Source: Azolla caroliniana
Taxonomy: Eukaryota; Plantae; Polypodiophyta
Length of the DNA stretch: 64,000 nt
Assembly (NCBI GenBank): GCA_043228905.1
Contig: JBHGNT010000011.1
Coordinates: forward strand, 6,572,001 to 6,636,000
Direction: 5' to 3'
Part shown: positions 1-10,179 of the stretch, piece by piece
How positions within the stretch are numbered: position 1 is the first letter of the stretch
Layout of the letters: each line of letters starts with the position of its first letter
Translations under genes and position numbers: made by a program
The notes under the pieces: generated by a model
What the model was told of the DNA's origin: nothing
Databases searched by the model: none
Seen by the model: only the letters and a program-made list of their open reading frames with translations

Positions 1-408
1 CCCATCAAAGATCTGACTCCCATTTATTGCAACAACATGAGCAATATATATCTGGCTCGGAACCCAGTGTTCCACGCATGCACAAAGCATATCTAAGTGC
101 ACTACCACTTCATTCGAGAGCGTGTTCAGGCCGGAGATGTTGATCTTCTACACATCAACACGAATCTTCAGACAACCGACATCTTCACCAAGGCCCTAGG
201 AGCTGACAAGCTTCGGCAATTCGTGTCAGACCTTGGATTGACGATCCCTGACTTGCCAAGCTTGAGGGGGAGTACAAGCGAGAACGGATACCGTCCGAAC
301 TGGGTACAAGCCGAAACGGACATCGGAGATCATCCGAACCGGATACCAGCCGAAGCGGACATCAATCGAAAGGAACCAACCCAAGTTGAGCTTGAGGGGG
401 CGTGTTGA
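1..408 (+). pseudogene. Ty1/Copia element M: 3' end of pol (RNase H), decayed
   Basis: Copia RNase H tail HYHFIRERV...DIFTKAL, with an in-frame stop just upstream of the ORF. Confidence 0.85.
393..402 (+). promoter_or_regulatory. PPT of element M
   Basis: TGAGGGGGCG directly before TGTTGAGA; a second copy GAGGGGGAG at about 264-272. Confidence 0.8.
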
Positions 409-672
409 GAATCAAGCTCAACATAGTACAACATGTGAACACACCTTTTGAGAATCCATGATCACTCAAAGGTCAGGAGTCACACCACTACTCTCTACAC
501 ATTAACTATGTGTCATAAAATCATATTCTATGACACATAACTAATCAGTTACATATTCCCCATGACTATGAGTCTTCCCATTCCCCAAGAGAGAGTGGTT
601 GTTGTAGTTAGTTAATGAAGAGAGAGGGTGACTATACATATATAAAGCACCCTTCTCCTACTTCCTACTAAG
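403..672 (+). repeat. 3' LTR of Copia M, first part (resumes at 35197; right end not resolved)
   Basis: Starts TG after the PPT, has TATATAAAG near 640, and is cut by TSD CTAAG at 668-672 and 35192-35196. Confidence 0.7.
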
Positions 673-791
673 TGTTGAGAAATCATTCATTCAAATCACA
701 ATAAGCGAACTATGCTGAAATACGAATCACAGATATGCAAGAAAACAGGACAACAATGGTGTACAGAGATTTAACGTGGAAACCTGAACAC

Positions 792-1253
792 TGTTATCGG
801 CTGGCAAGAAGGCTTAAAGAGGTCCAAATCAGAGTGTGAAAATGAATAGTTTATTCAGGAACTATTGTAATTAGTAATATTAATATAGATATTAATATAT
901 GAGAAGATGTGGACGGACGGACCGGAATTGGTATGCCGATCCGGATCCGGACCGATCTCGTAAAGGTGCCGGTTGACACCGTTTTGTAATTCGCACCGGA
1001 GACCTATATAAAAGGCCGGTTATAATGTAATCAGGAGCGGATAATTAATAGAGCTTATTGTCTTAATCTTCCAGTGTTGATTACCGTTCTATATTCATTG
1101 TTCTATCTTACGCGTGTTAATTACGGATTGCTAAGTAACCAATTAAGGTCTAATTAAGCATTGTACCGTAAGTCATTCTGCCGTACCACCCTTTGGTGAA
1201 GTGTCTTAAGTGGACACCCTGTGTTAGGCTGTTGTCCGGCCCTAGGATTAACA
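792..1253 (+). repeat. 5' LTR of A (462 bp)
   Basis: TGTTA...TAACA; TATATAAAA near 1005; about 22 substitutions plus a 5-bp indel versus the 3' LTR. Confidence 0.95.
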
Positions 1254-1260
1254 CAGTTTT

Positions 1261-1271
1261 TGGCGACCACG
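1261..1271 (+). promoter_or_regulatory. PBS of A (tRNA-Arg type)
   Basis: TGGCGACCACG, 7 nt after the LTR; the same sequence occurs in both C units. Confidence 0.8.
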
Positions 1272-4200
1272 ATTCCTGCACAATCGCAGTGAACAACGGC
1301 AGGAATGGATGACTAGGCCAACAGACGACCCGGTTACGGAGAGAGCACGAAGACTTGCTGAACGGAGAAGGCGACGAGAGGCTTTCCAGCAAACAGCGGA
1401 AGAAATCCGAATGGATCGATCATTTTCCAAAGTGATCCGGAAAGTGGTGGAGGAGTTAGTTCATCTGCAACAAAACGCCTACCCGGACGAAGGAAGCAGC
1501 TTAAGCAGCCTCCGGGGAGCGGAAACCCTTCTCCAGGCCTTGACCGGAAGAGACGGCGAATCCGAAGCGTTTTCAGCGCTGGAATCGGATTCGGAAGGGG
1601 GTTACAGCGCGCACACGAACTATTGCAGCAGTAACGACACCCCAGGAGGACCGGAGGATGAGGAGTCAGATACATTACCGACACCGGAACCAGAGTTGGC
1701 GGACCGGGAACCTCCAGCACTAGACGTGGAGCAACCTTCGGAGACGGAGAAAGACCGGCAAAAACCTCCAACAACGGAAGTCGAGCTGACAACACCAAAG
1801 GAAGACCGACAAAGACCTCCAATGCCAACGGAACAGCAGGAAAGACCACCAACACCGCCAGCCCGCGTACCGACACTGGACGACGACATGTCGTCCCAGT
1901 ACTCCAAGTATAGGGATGATCCGGACGCGGAGGCTCATGTTCATGCGTTCCAACAAACATGGGAGGCGAACCATGTGTCACAACGGTTAACCGCGGCAGA
2001 AGAGGAACGATCTAAGATAGCCGAATTCGGCGTGACATTGGAAGGACCGGCCGCCAGATGGCACCAGACGCAGGATCGCAGCACCATCACCACCTTTGCG
2101 GACCTGAAAGACAAATTCTTTCACTTCTTCCAGAAGGAGGTGGACCAACGAGAAATGGTGGGCTTATTTTATACCATCCGGCAGGACCCCGGGGAGAGCA
2201 TCCCGCAGTTTGTCATCCGGTTTCAACGGATGCACAGTTAGCTTACCCGCGCACCTCCAGAGGAAGAAACATGGGCTATATTTTTAGCCGCCCTTCGGGA
2301 ACCTCTCCGAACGGTATACACGGTCATCGACTTTCGCACAAGCACCGTCGACCAGGTCATCGACTGGGTTAGAGAAATGGAAAGCTCTTGGCTAACAATG
2401 GGAGCGCTCCAACGAGCGTAACCAACCGAGGAGGATCTCCGCTTCCGGCAAGCAATCCAATGCACGACCTGCTTGAATTCTGGGCACTTGTCACTGGAGT
2501 GCACCATGTGGACGCACTGCTTACTTTGCCACTCCACGGGCCACACGATGGATCGGTGCGAATATAACTTATTGAATCAGCAAGCACCACCAGTCCGACA
2601 AATCGAGCCACGCAGCAACCGAGATGAAGAAGACGAACGCTGGCGACAGGAGGAGCGATATCGACCGGCACAGGATGTCCGGTACGATGATCGGCGAGAC
2701 AACTATGATCGATACAAGAGATATGACAAGTACCGAGATTAGAATGGACGGTACGAGCATCACAACCGGGATCACTCCCCCAGGTATCACCAACGACGGG
2801 AAGATTACGGGAGATATGACAACCAACCCCGTCAAGGGTACCGCAACAAAAAGAACTTTAATAAAAAACAACATTTCAAAAAAGGGAGCCACCCACGTGA
2901 ACTGGAAAAAGGCACCTCAAGCAGCCAACCGGACTAGAGCCCCGTAGTTACCACAGGCCCTCCACTGTGTATAGGAAACAATGTTGAATCCAGCAATACC
3001 CGGAAAGCATATTGCTATTATTGCCGGCAAGAAGGACATTACAGTAATCAATGTCCGACAAAGAGCTATGATAAGCGACCGACAGTAAACATGGTAGTCG
3101 CCGAAGTCGCAGACCTACAGCAGGTCACCACAAGGTCGAAGGGCAGGACGATGGAATGGGAGACACAAGAGGCCATCCGGAAACAGGCAACAGAATGGGT
3201 GAAAAAGGAAAATGAGCGAAACGTAGCAGAACTTGCACAGCAAAAGGAGAACACCGAAGAGCTCATCGGCGGCAGTCAGTCCGAAAACGCGACATGGCAG
3301 GTATTGCAGGAATGCCAGATCACGCTGCCGTTAGGACGACTCTTGTAGCTAGTACCAAGATTCATAGAAGGACTCAAGTCCGGCATGACGACAGGCAGAA
3401 CACCACCGGCTCCGGCATTCTTCTCAAATCCGGAGGAGGGACCGGCGGTGGTGGATACCAACAGTCCGACGATTACAACCATTGTGAAAGGGAAAGAACT
3501 CCCCGGCACGATAATAGACGGAGGCTCCGACGTTAATGTAATAAGCCTTCGGACGTGCGATGCTCTTGGAATCCAAGAGTGGGAGCCATGTCCGTTCTGG
3601 CTCCGAATGGCGGACACAAGCGCGGTGCGACCGACAGGATTAATACGGGACTTAGAAGTAACCATCGGGGGCCATACATTTCGAATATCAGCCATAGTTC
3701 TCCAGTTGCAGGCTCAAGGAGTGTACCCATTATTTTTGGGGCGCCCTTGGTTAAAGACGGCACACATCAAGCAGAACTGGAGGAGGAATATGATTACGTT
3801 CTAGCAGGGAAAAGCAAAGGTATGGGTACCAACACAACCAAGGAAAGGCACCGGCAAGGATCTGACACCGTTATATGCGGAGTGCGTCAATATGCTGGAA
3901 TGATTAGCAAATGATGAAGAAGATCAGTACCTGCAGGAGAACCCGAAGATTGTACCCCTATTCGAAATTGACGTTGCCGAAGCGGAATCACCCTACTTAC
4001 TGCAACCGGATGGAACCGAAACGGAACCGGATAAAGAAGCAATCTGGGAGTTACGGCAAGCATAGGAGGCGTTGGAAAGAGAAATGGCCATATCACAGCG
4101 CGTAAAGGTGTCTCAATTAGAAGAGGTAAATCTAGGAACGACGGATGAGGCAAAACCGGTGCACGTCGCCAAAGAAATGAATGCAGAGAACAAAACGACG

Positions 4201-5031
4201 ATAATCACACTGCTCAATGAGTTTTGCGACATATTTGCCTGGTCGTACGAGGATATGAGAGGGCTAGATCCTCAGTTGTATCAGCACCAGATACATCTGG
4301 GCAAAGACGCCAAGCCGGTAGCACAACGTCGGTACCGGATGAACCCAAACTACGCCGCCAAAGTCAAGGAGGAAATCGACAAATTGCTGAGGGTTGGCTT
4401 CATCCGTCCCGTAAAGAAAGCTACTTGGTTCAGCCCGATAGTAGTCGTACCGAAGAGGAACGGAAAAATTAGAGTTTGTGTCGACTACTGGAAGCTCAAT
4501 GCGGCAACGGTAACGGATGCATTTCCACTTCCGTTTACGGATGGAGTTTTGGATGCCGTCGCCGGCCATGAAGTCTACAGTTTCTTAGACGGATTCAGCG
4601 AGTATAATCAGATCCGGATGCACCCTGATGATCAGGAGAAAACGGCTTTCGTCACCAAATGGGGAGTGTTTGTGGCTGTGGTGATGATGTTCGGACTGAA
4701 AACGGCACCGGAAACATTCCAACGGATCATCATGGAGATCTTTGGCAAATACATACCGGATTTTATGCAGGTATTCCTTGATGACTTCGCCGTCTATAGC
4801 CGAGAAGAAGATCATTTGCAGCACCTCAGACTATGTCTAGACTAGTGTACGGCGTACCAGCTAAGCCTGAATCTGGCGAAGTGTGTATTTGGAGTGTCCA
4901 GCGGAATGCTACAGGGGCATATTATGAGCAAGGAAGGCATTGCCGTAGATCCGGACAAAGTGAAAGCAATCTTGGAAGCACCGGCAAAGGCATTGAGCCG
5001 TTTCTTAGGACAAATCCGCTGGCATAGCTGT

Positions 5032-5470
5032 TGTCATGGCAAGACTCGAACCCATGACTTTATGCTACATGGGTCGAGCTCTTACCATTAGATTATGAAT
5101 TGTATTTTGTAGGATATTATTTTCATTTATACTTTATCATAGAAAATTGATGTATATTCCAGATCTCTCTGGAACATTCTAGAAGCTTCAGGATTATTCC
5201 TAAAAACACTATAAAAGGAGGCACAAGGCATTGTTTTGAACCAAATTGGTTCAACGCCAGTCTTAAGCCTCTTAGCCGCTTGTACTTATCTTTTCACATA
5301 ATATATAGCTGCTGTCATCATCTCTTTCTCTCTCTCATTCTCGCTATCTCTCTCTCCCTCCTCTTCTCACTTCCTCTCTCGGGAATCTTACGCAGTCCCG
5401 TCCTCTTAGTACTAATAGTACTACTGTTCTTAGTACTAATTCCATCTCTGTTTTAGTACTATTCCTGACA
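5032..5470 (+). repeat. 5' LTR of B
   Basis: TGTCA...TGACA; TATAAAA at 5210-5216. Confidence 0.96.
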
Positions 5471-5472
5471 GT

Positions 5473-5484
5473 TTGAACCAATTT
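5473..5484 (+). promoter_or_regulatory. Self-priming PBS of B
   Basis: TTGAACCAATTT is the exact reverse complement of LTR 5243-5254; no TGG tRNA site present. Confidence 0.85.
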
Positions 5485-5539
5485 CTTCCTCTAGCCTACT
5501 TGTCACTCTCCCTCATCCTCCTACCCTTTTCCCTATACT

Positions 5540-6697
5540 ATGGCTACTGTTAGCGCCCAAGAATACCAATCCGTTTTCTCCGAGCTACAGTGCCTAAAAG
5601 AAAAGTTTGTTGCCCTGGAACAAGAAAACCAACGGTTGATAGGGGATCTGCAACAAATCGCTCTAGAAAAACAACAAACGCAACAACAACATGGGGAGTT
5701 AGCGTTACGGGTACAACAACTCGAAGCAGCGTTGCAACAACAAGGATCCAGTCCCCAAGGATTTCATAAAGAGCCCAAGATTGGACTTCCTGTGAAATTT
5801 GATGGAACGCGTTCGCAATTCCGGGGATTCCTTAATCAGGTACGCTTAGTCATCCAGATGCATCCTTCCCGATATCCCACTGATGCATCTCGAGTCGGCC
5901 TAATAGGCACGCTACTTAGCGGCTCAACCTTGGCATGGTTTGCTCCGCTTCTAGAAAAACAATCACCCTTACTTAATAACTTTGAAGATTTTATTGGTGA
6001 GTTTAAAGCCTGCTTTGGAGACACCGACAGCATCAGGACGGCGATCAACAAGATCCGGCGATTGCGTCAAGGCGATCGTCCAGCCTCTGCCTACGCGGCG
6101 GATTTCCGCCTACTTGCTTCAGATATACCCTGGGATGATCAAGCACTAATGGAGCAGTTTCGCTATGGCTTGCGAAACGATGTCAAAGATCTACTTCTAA
6201 CTTTCCCCGAAGAACCAAAGTCTCTTACGGAGGCAATCAGTCGAGCAGTTCGATGTGACAACCGCCTTTTTGAACGGCGTTCAGAACGTCAATTACAGAT
6301 ACCACGCTCTAGGCCAGAGCCCACTTACGCCGCAGTCGCGGCTAAACCGTTTGCACGAGACATACCTCAAGCAAATACTTCGACACCGATGGAGATCGAT
6401 ACCATGCGTCGACGCGGCCCGTTATCGGAAGAAGAAAAGCAACGACGACGTGTCAATCGATTATGTCTTTATTGCGGTGGACCAGGACATATCGCCATCA
6501 ATTGTCCCCATAGGCCAAGAAGACAGGTAAATCAAATCGTCGCCTGTACTAAACCCGAGTCAATTCTTCCCTTCGGAGTGTCTGATAGTATTAATAGTAC
6601 TAATAGAGTGTCAGATAGTATTCATAGTACTAATAGCCCAAGTATCTCAAATAAATTTGAAATCCTTAGTCAATTAGATGAAGAGTTAAACGATTGA
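5540..6697 (+). CDS. gag: Gag of B (coiled coil, PEG10/Ty3-like capsid, CCHC knuckle)
   Basis: Intact 385-aa ORF with LPVKFDG, QG...YA.DF and CLYCGGPGHIAINC. Confidence 0.93.
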   Translation: MATVSAQEYQSVFSELQCLKEKFVALEQENQRLIGDLQQIALEKQQTQQQHGELALRVQQLEAALQQQGSSPQGFHKEPKIGLPVKFDGTRSQFRGFLNQVRLVIQMHPSRYPTDASRVGLIGTLLSGSTLAWFAPLLEKQSPLLNNFEDFIGEFKACFGDTDSIRTAINKIRRLRQGDRPASAYAADFRLLASDIPWDDQALMEQFRYGLRNDVKDLLLTFPEEPKSLTEAISRAVRCDNRLFERRSERQLQIPRSRPEPTYAAVAAKPFARDIPQANTSTPMEIDTMRRRGPLSEEEKQRRRVNRLCLYCGGPGHIAINCPHRPRRQVNQIVACTKPESILPFGVSDSINSTNRVSDSIHSTNSPSISNKFEILSQLDEELND

Positions 6698-9600
6698 GTC
6701 CAGCCAAAATAGGAGCCATTTGGTTGGACAGCAACCCTAGATCTGTACAGCCCATTAGTGGTTCCATTCCTTCCAAGCAAGTTAGCAATGTGTTCCTAGC
6801 CCAAGTCATTGTTAGTACTAAAAGTACTCCCCCAGTACCCGTCCTAGCACTTTTAGATTCCGGAGCTAATTCCTGTTTCATGGATCGAAATTTTGCCCAA
6901 GCTTCTCAGATATCCTTAAGAAAACTTCCTTGTCCCGCATCTGTAGTGGTCATTGATGGTCGTCCCATTGCTTCCGGGAATATTGTAGAAGAATCAGAAC
7001 CCATTCAAGTTGTCCTAGGTAGTTTTGTGTGTATAATATCATTTAATATAATTAGTAGTCCAGAGCATCCTATTGTCCTAGGATTACCTTGGCTTGAATT
7101 ACATAATCCAGCCATAGATTGGAGAACAAGAGAAGTCCGATATCGACCACCCCAAGAATCAACTCACCGAGTTTCGACCATTTCACTCAATCAACTACGC
7201 GAAGAAGGACCAAAGGAGGCAATGTTCCTATTTGCCATATCAGTACATCCTTCTAGCACTATTAAGAAGGACTCCTCAATACAACTTCCGGCAAAATATC
7301 ATCCTTATGCCGATGTATTTGACAAGGTAAAAGCCGGTACCCTTCCTCATCACCGTCCCTATGACTGTCCCATCGATTTACAACCAGGAACCGAGCCACC
7401 ATGGGGACCAATTTACAACTTGTCACCCACCGAGTTAGAAGTCCTTCGAGCCTACATAGAGGAGAACTTGGCAAGCGGGTTCATCCGTCATTCGAAATCT
7501 CCGGCCGGTGCACCCATCTTCTTTGTCAAGAAGAAAGATGGCTCACTTCGTCTTGTCGTTGATTACCGCGGATTGAATAAAGTCACCATCCGGAATAGGT
7601 ATGCACTTCCTCTTATATCAAGTCTTTTAGAACGAGTTAATGGTGCCAAGTTTTTTACTAAAATCGACCTACGAGGAGCGTATAATCTCGTGCGGATCCG
7701 ACCGGGAGATGAGTGGAAGACCGCTTTTCGCACGCGGTATGGGCATTTCGAATATACTGTTATGCCGTTTGGCCTAACCAATGCACCCGCAGTCTTCCAA
7801 CACATGGCAAATGATATATTCAGAGACCTCTTGGATATCTGTTTGATCATTTATCTGGATGATCTGTTGATTTATTCGAAGACCCAGGAAGAGCACGATT
7901 CTCATGTACTATTAGTACTAAAGCGACTCCGCGAGAATGGTCTTTATGCCAAGCTAGAGAAATGTAGCTTTGACTGCAAGCAAGTGGAATTTCTAGGCTA
8001 CGTCATCTCCTCAAAGGGCATCGCCATGGATCCAGCTAAAATCCAAACTGTACTAGAGTGGCAAATTCCACGGTCGGTACGAGATGTACAATGTTTTCTA
8101 GGCTTTGCTAACTTCTACCGTAAGTTTATACAGGATTACTCGAAGATTATTTTACCTCTCACACAACTTACGAAGAAGGGCCAAGCATTTCTTTGGTCCA
8201 TCGAAGCAGATATGGCTTTTCGGCATCTTAAGAAAGCCTTTACATCAGCACCGATTCTAGCTCATGTGGATACAAGCAAACCATTCATCATGGAGGCCGA
8301 CGCATCAGATTTCGCCCTCGGTAGCATCCTTTCTCAACAAGGCGATAAAGAAGAGTTGCATCCGGTGGCTTTCCATTCGCGCAAATTCAATGTCGCAGAA
8401 ATCAACTACGAAATACATGACAAGGAGTTATTAGCCATCGTGGATTCATTTGTACAATAGGGCTCTCCACATCAGGTCATTGTCTTTAGCGATCATAAAA
8501 ATCTTGCTTATTTTCAGAACGCTCGCGTACTAAATCGACGGCAAGCTCGGTGGGCGCAATTCCTCACGCGTTTCAACTTCAAAATCACATATCGACCGGG
8601 GAAGCAGCAAGGAAAAGCAGATGCACTATCACGGCGTTCATATCTTGCACCTCGTCCTGGTGACGCAACATTTGATAATCAAAAGCAAGTAATCTTGGGA
8701 CCAACACGATTGCACACGACGCGGATTTTTCACACCCCGATGGATTCACGGATTACCGATGACATACGTGCAACCTTGAAGACGGATAGTTTTGCTCAAG
8801 ACATCCTGGCGCACATTGATACTTCTCGGGCATCCTGTTCTCAGTCTCAACAACCAGGTATTGACTACCGACAATTCGAATATCATGATGGTTTGTTATT
8901 CTTTAAAAAGCGCGTATATGTCCCCGATTGCTCCTGTCGCCTTCAAATCGTCCAACATTGTCACGACACCCATACGGCGGGACATTTCAGTAGTACCAAG
9001 ACGTTGGAGTTAGTGCAGCGATCTTTTTGGTGGCCCCACATGCGCCGTTTTGTCGACGACTATGTTCGGACCTGTGATGCTTGCTGCCGAGCAAAGATGC
9101 CACGACACCATCCATATGGCTTGTTGGAACCTTTACCAATTCCAAGTAAGCCATGGCAGTCTATTTGTCTTGATTTTATTACAGATCTGCCGGTCTCGAA
9201 GGGGTTCGATGCTATCCTAACCGTCGTCGATCGATATACGAAGATGGCACATTTTGTGCCATGTACTAAAGCCATCACTAGCGAGGAAACCGCCGCTCTT
9301 GTTATGCGTGAGGTATTTCGGCATCATGGCCTACCAGACAGTATTATCAGTGACCGAGGCCCGCAATTTGTCTCCAAATTTTGGCAGCATCTCTTCAGGA
9401 TGCTCAAGGTCTCCTGCAACCTCTCCTCCGGCTACCATCCTCAAACTGACGGACAGGCGGAACGAACAAACCAAACGTGTTGCAAACGGTGCTCGGCCAC
9501 AACCGAGGAATAGGATCAACTCTCAGAAAATAGGAATTACAAAGTACACGAAGACTATAGAGAGAAGAGTACACAGGATATTTTACGTGGAAAACCCTAA

Positions 9601-9945
9601 ATGGGAAAAACCACGGGAGTCCTCAAACTCCAACTATCACTATGAACAGGAATGTACAATGGTGAAGCTTCAAGGCAACGACCTTGAGCTCACTGTCTTC
9701 GCCACAGGCGGCGGCAATATTCAGAGGCAACGACCTCTTCGTCTCTCTCTTACTCTCGCGGCTGCTCTCTTCACTCTCTCTAAGTGAAAACAGAAAAAAT
9801 AAGCAACAACAACTTTGACTGTTTGCCCTAAGTCATATTTATACACATATGACTTTTCGGGCTATTTACAAATATAGCCTCAAGGGCCCTTGGCAAACAT
9901 ATTCACAAATATGTCCCCGCATCCGGATCTCGCTCCGGGTACATT

Positions 9946-10082
9946 CATCATCCGGCTCCGTAGCCGGGTCTTCTCTTTGTCATCCGGCTCCGTAGCCGGG
10001 GTCTTCGTCATCCGGCTCCGTAGCCGGGGTCTTCGTCATCCGGCTCCGTAGCCGGGGTCTTCATCCGGCTTCATGCCGGGTA
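9946..10082. repeat. Tandem 28-32 bp repeats in U3 of the E LTR (also at about 14753-14889)
   Basis: TCATCCGGCTCCGTAGCCGGG(G)TCT four times plus a degenerate copy. Confidence 0.9.
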
Positions 10083-10179
10083 CCCTTCATCCTCCGGTTC
10101 CGTAACAGCCTCCGGACTTGCCGTCATTCATCCCCAGACATCCCATCCGGAGGGACCGAAATCCCAACAAACTCCCCCT

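Noticed and set aside
2876-2890. A-run in A gag as a frameshift site
   Set aside because: Gag and pol of A are in the same frame. The breaks are point nonsense mutations.
9946-10082. CRISPR-like array of palindromic repeats
   Set aside because: No unique spacers and no cas genes. The repeats lie inside both LTRs of a Copia element.
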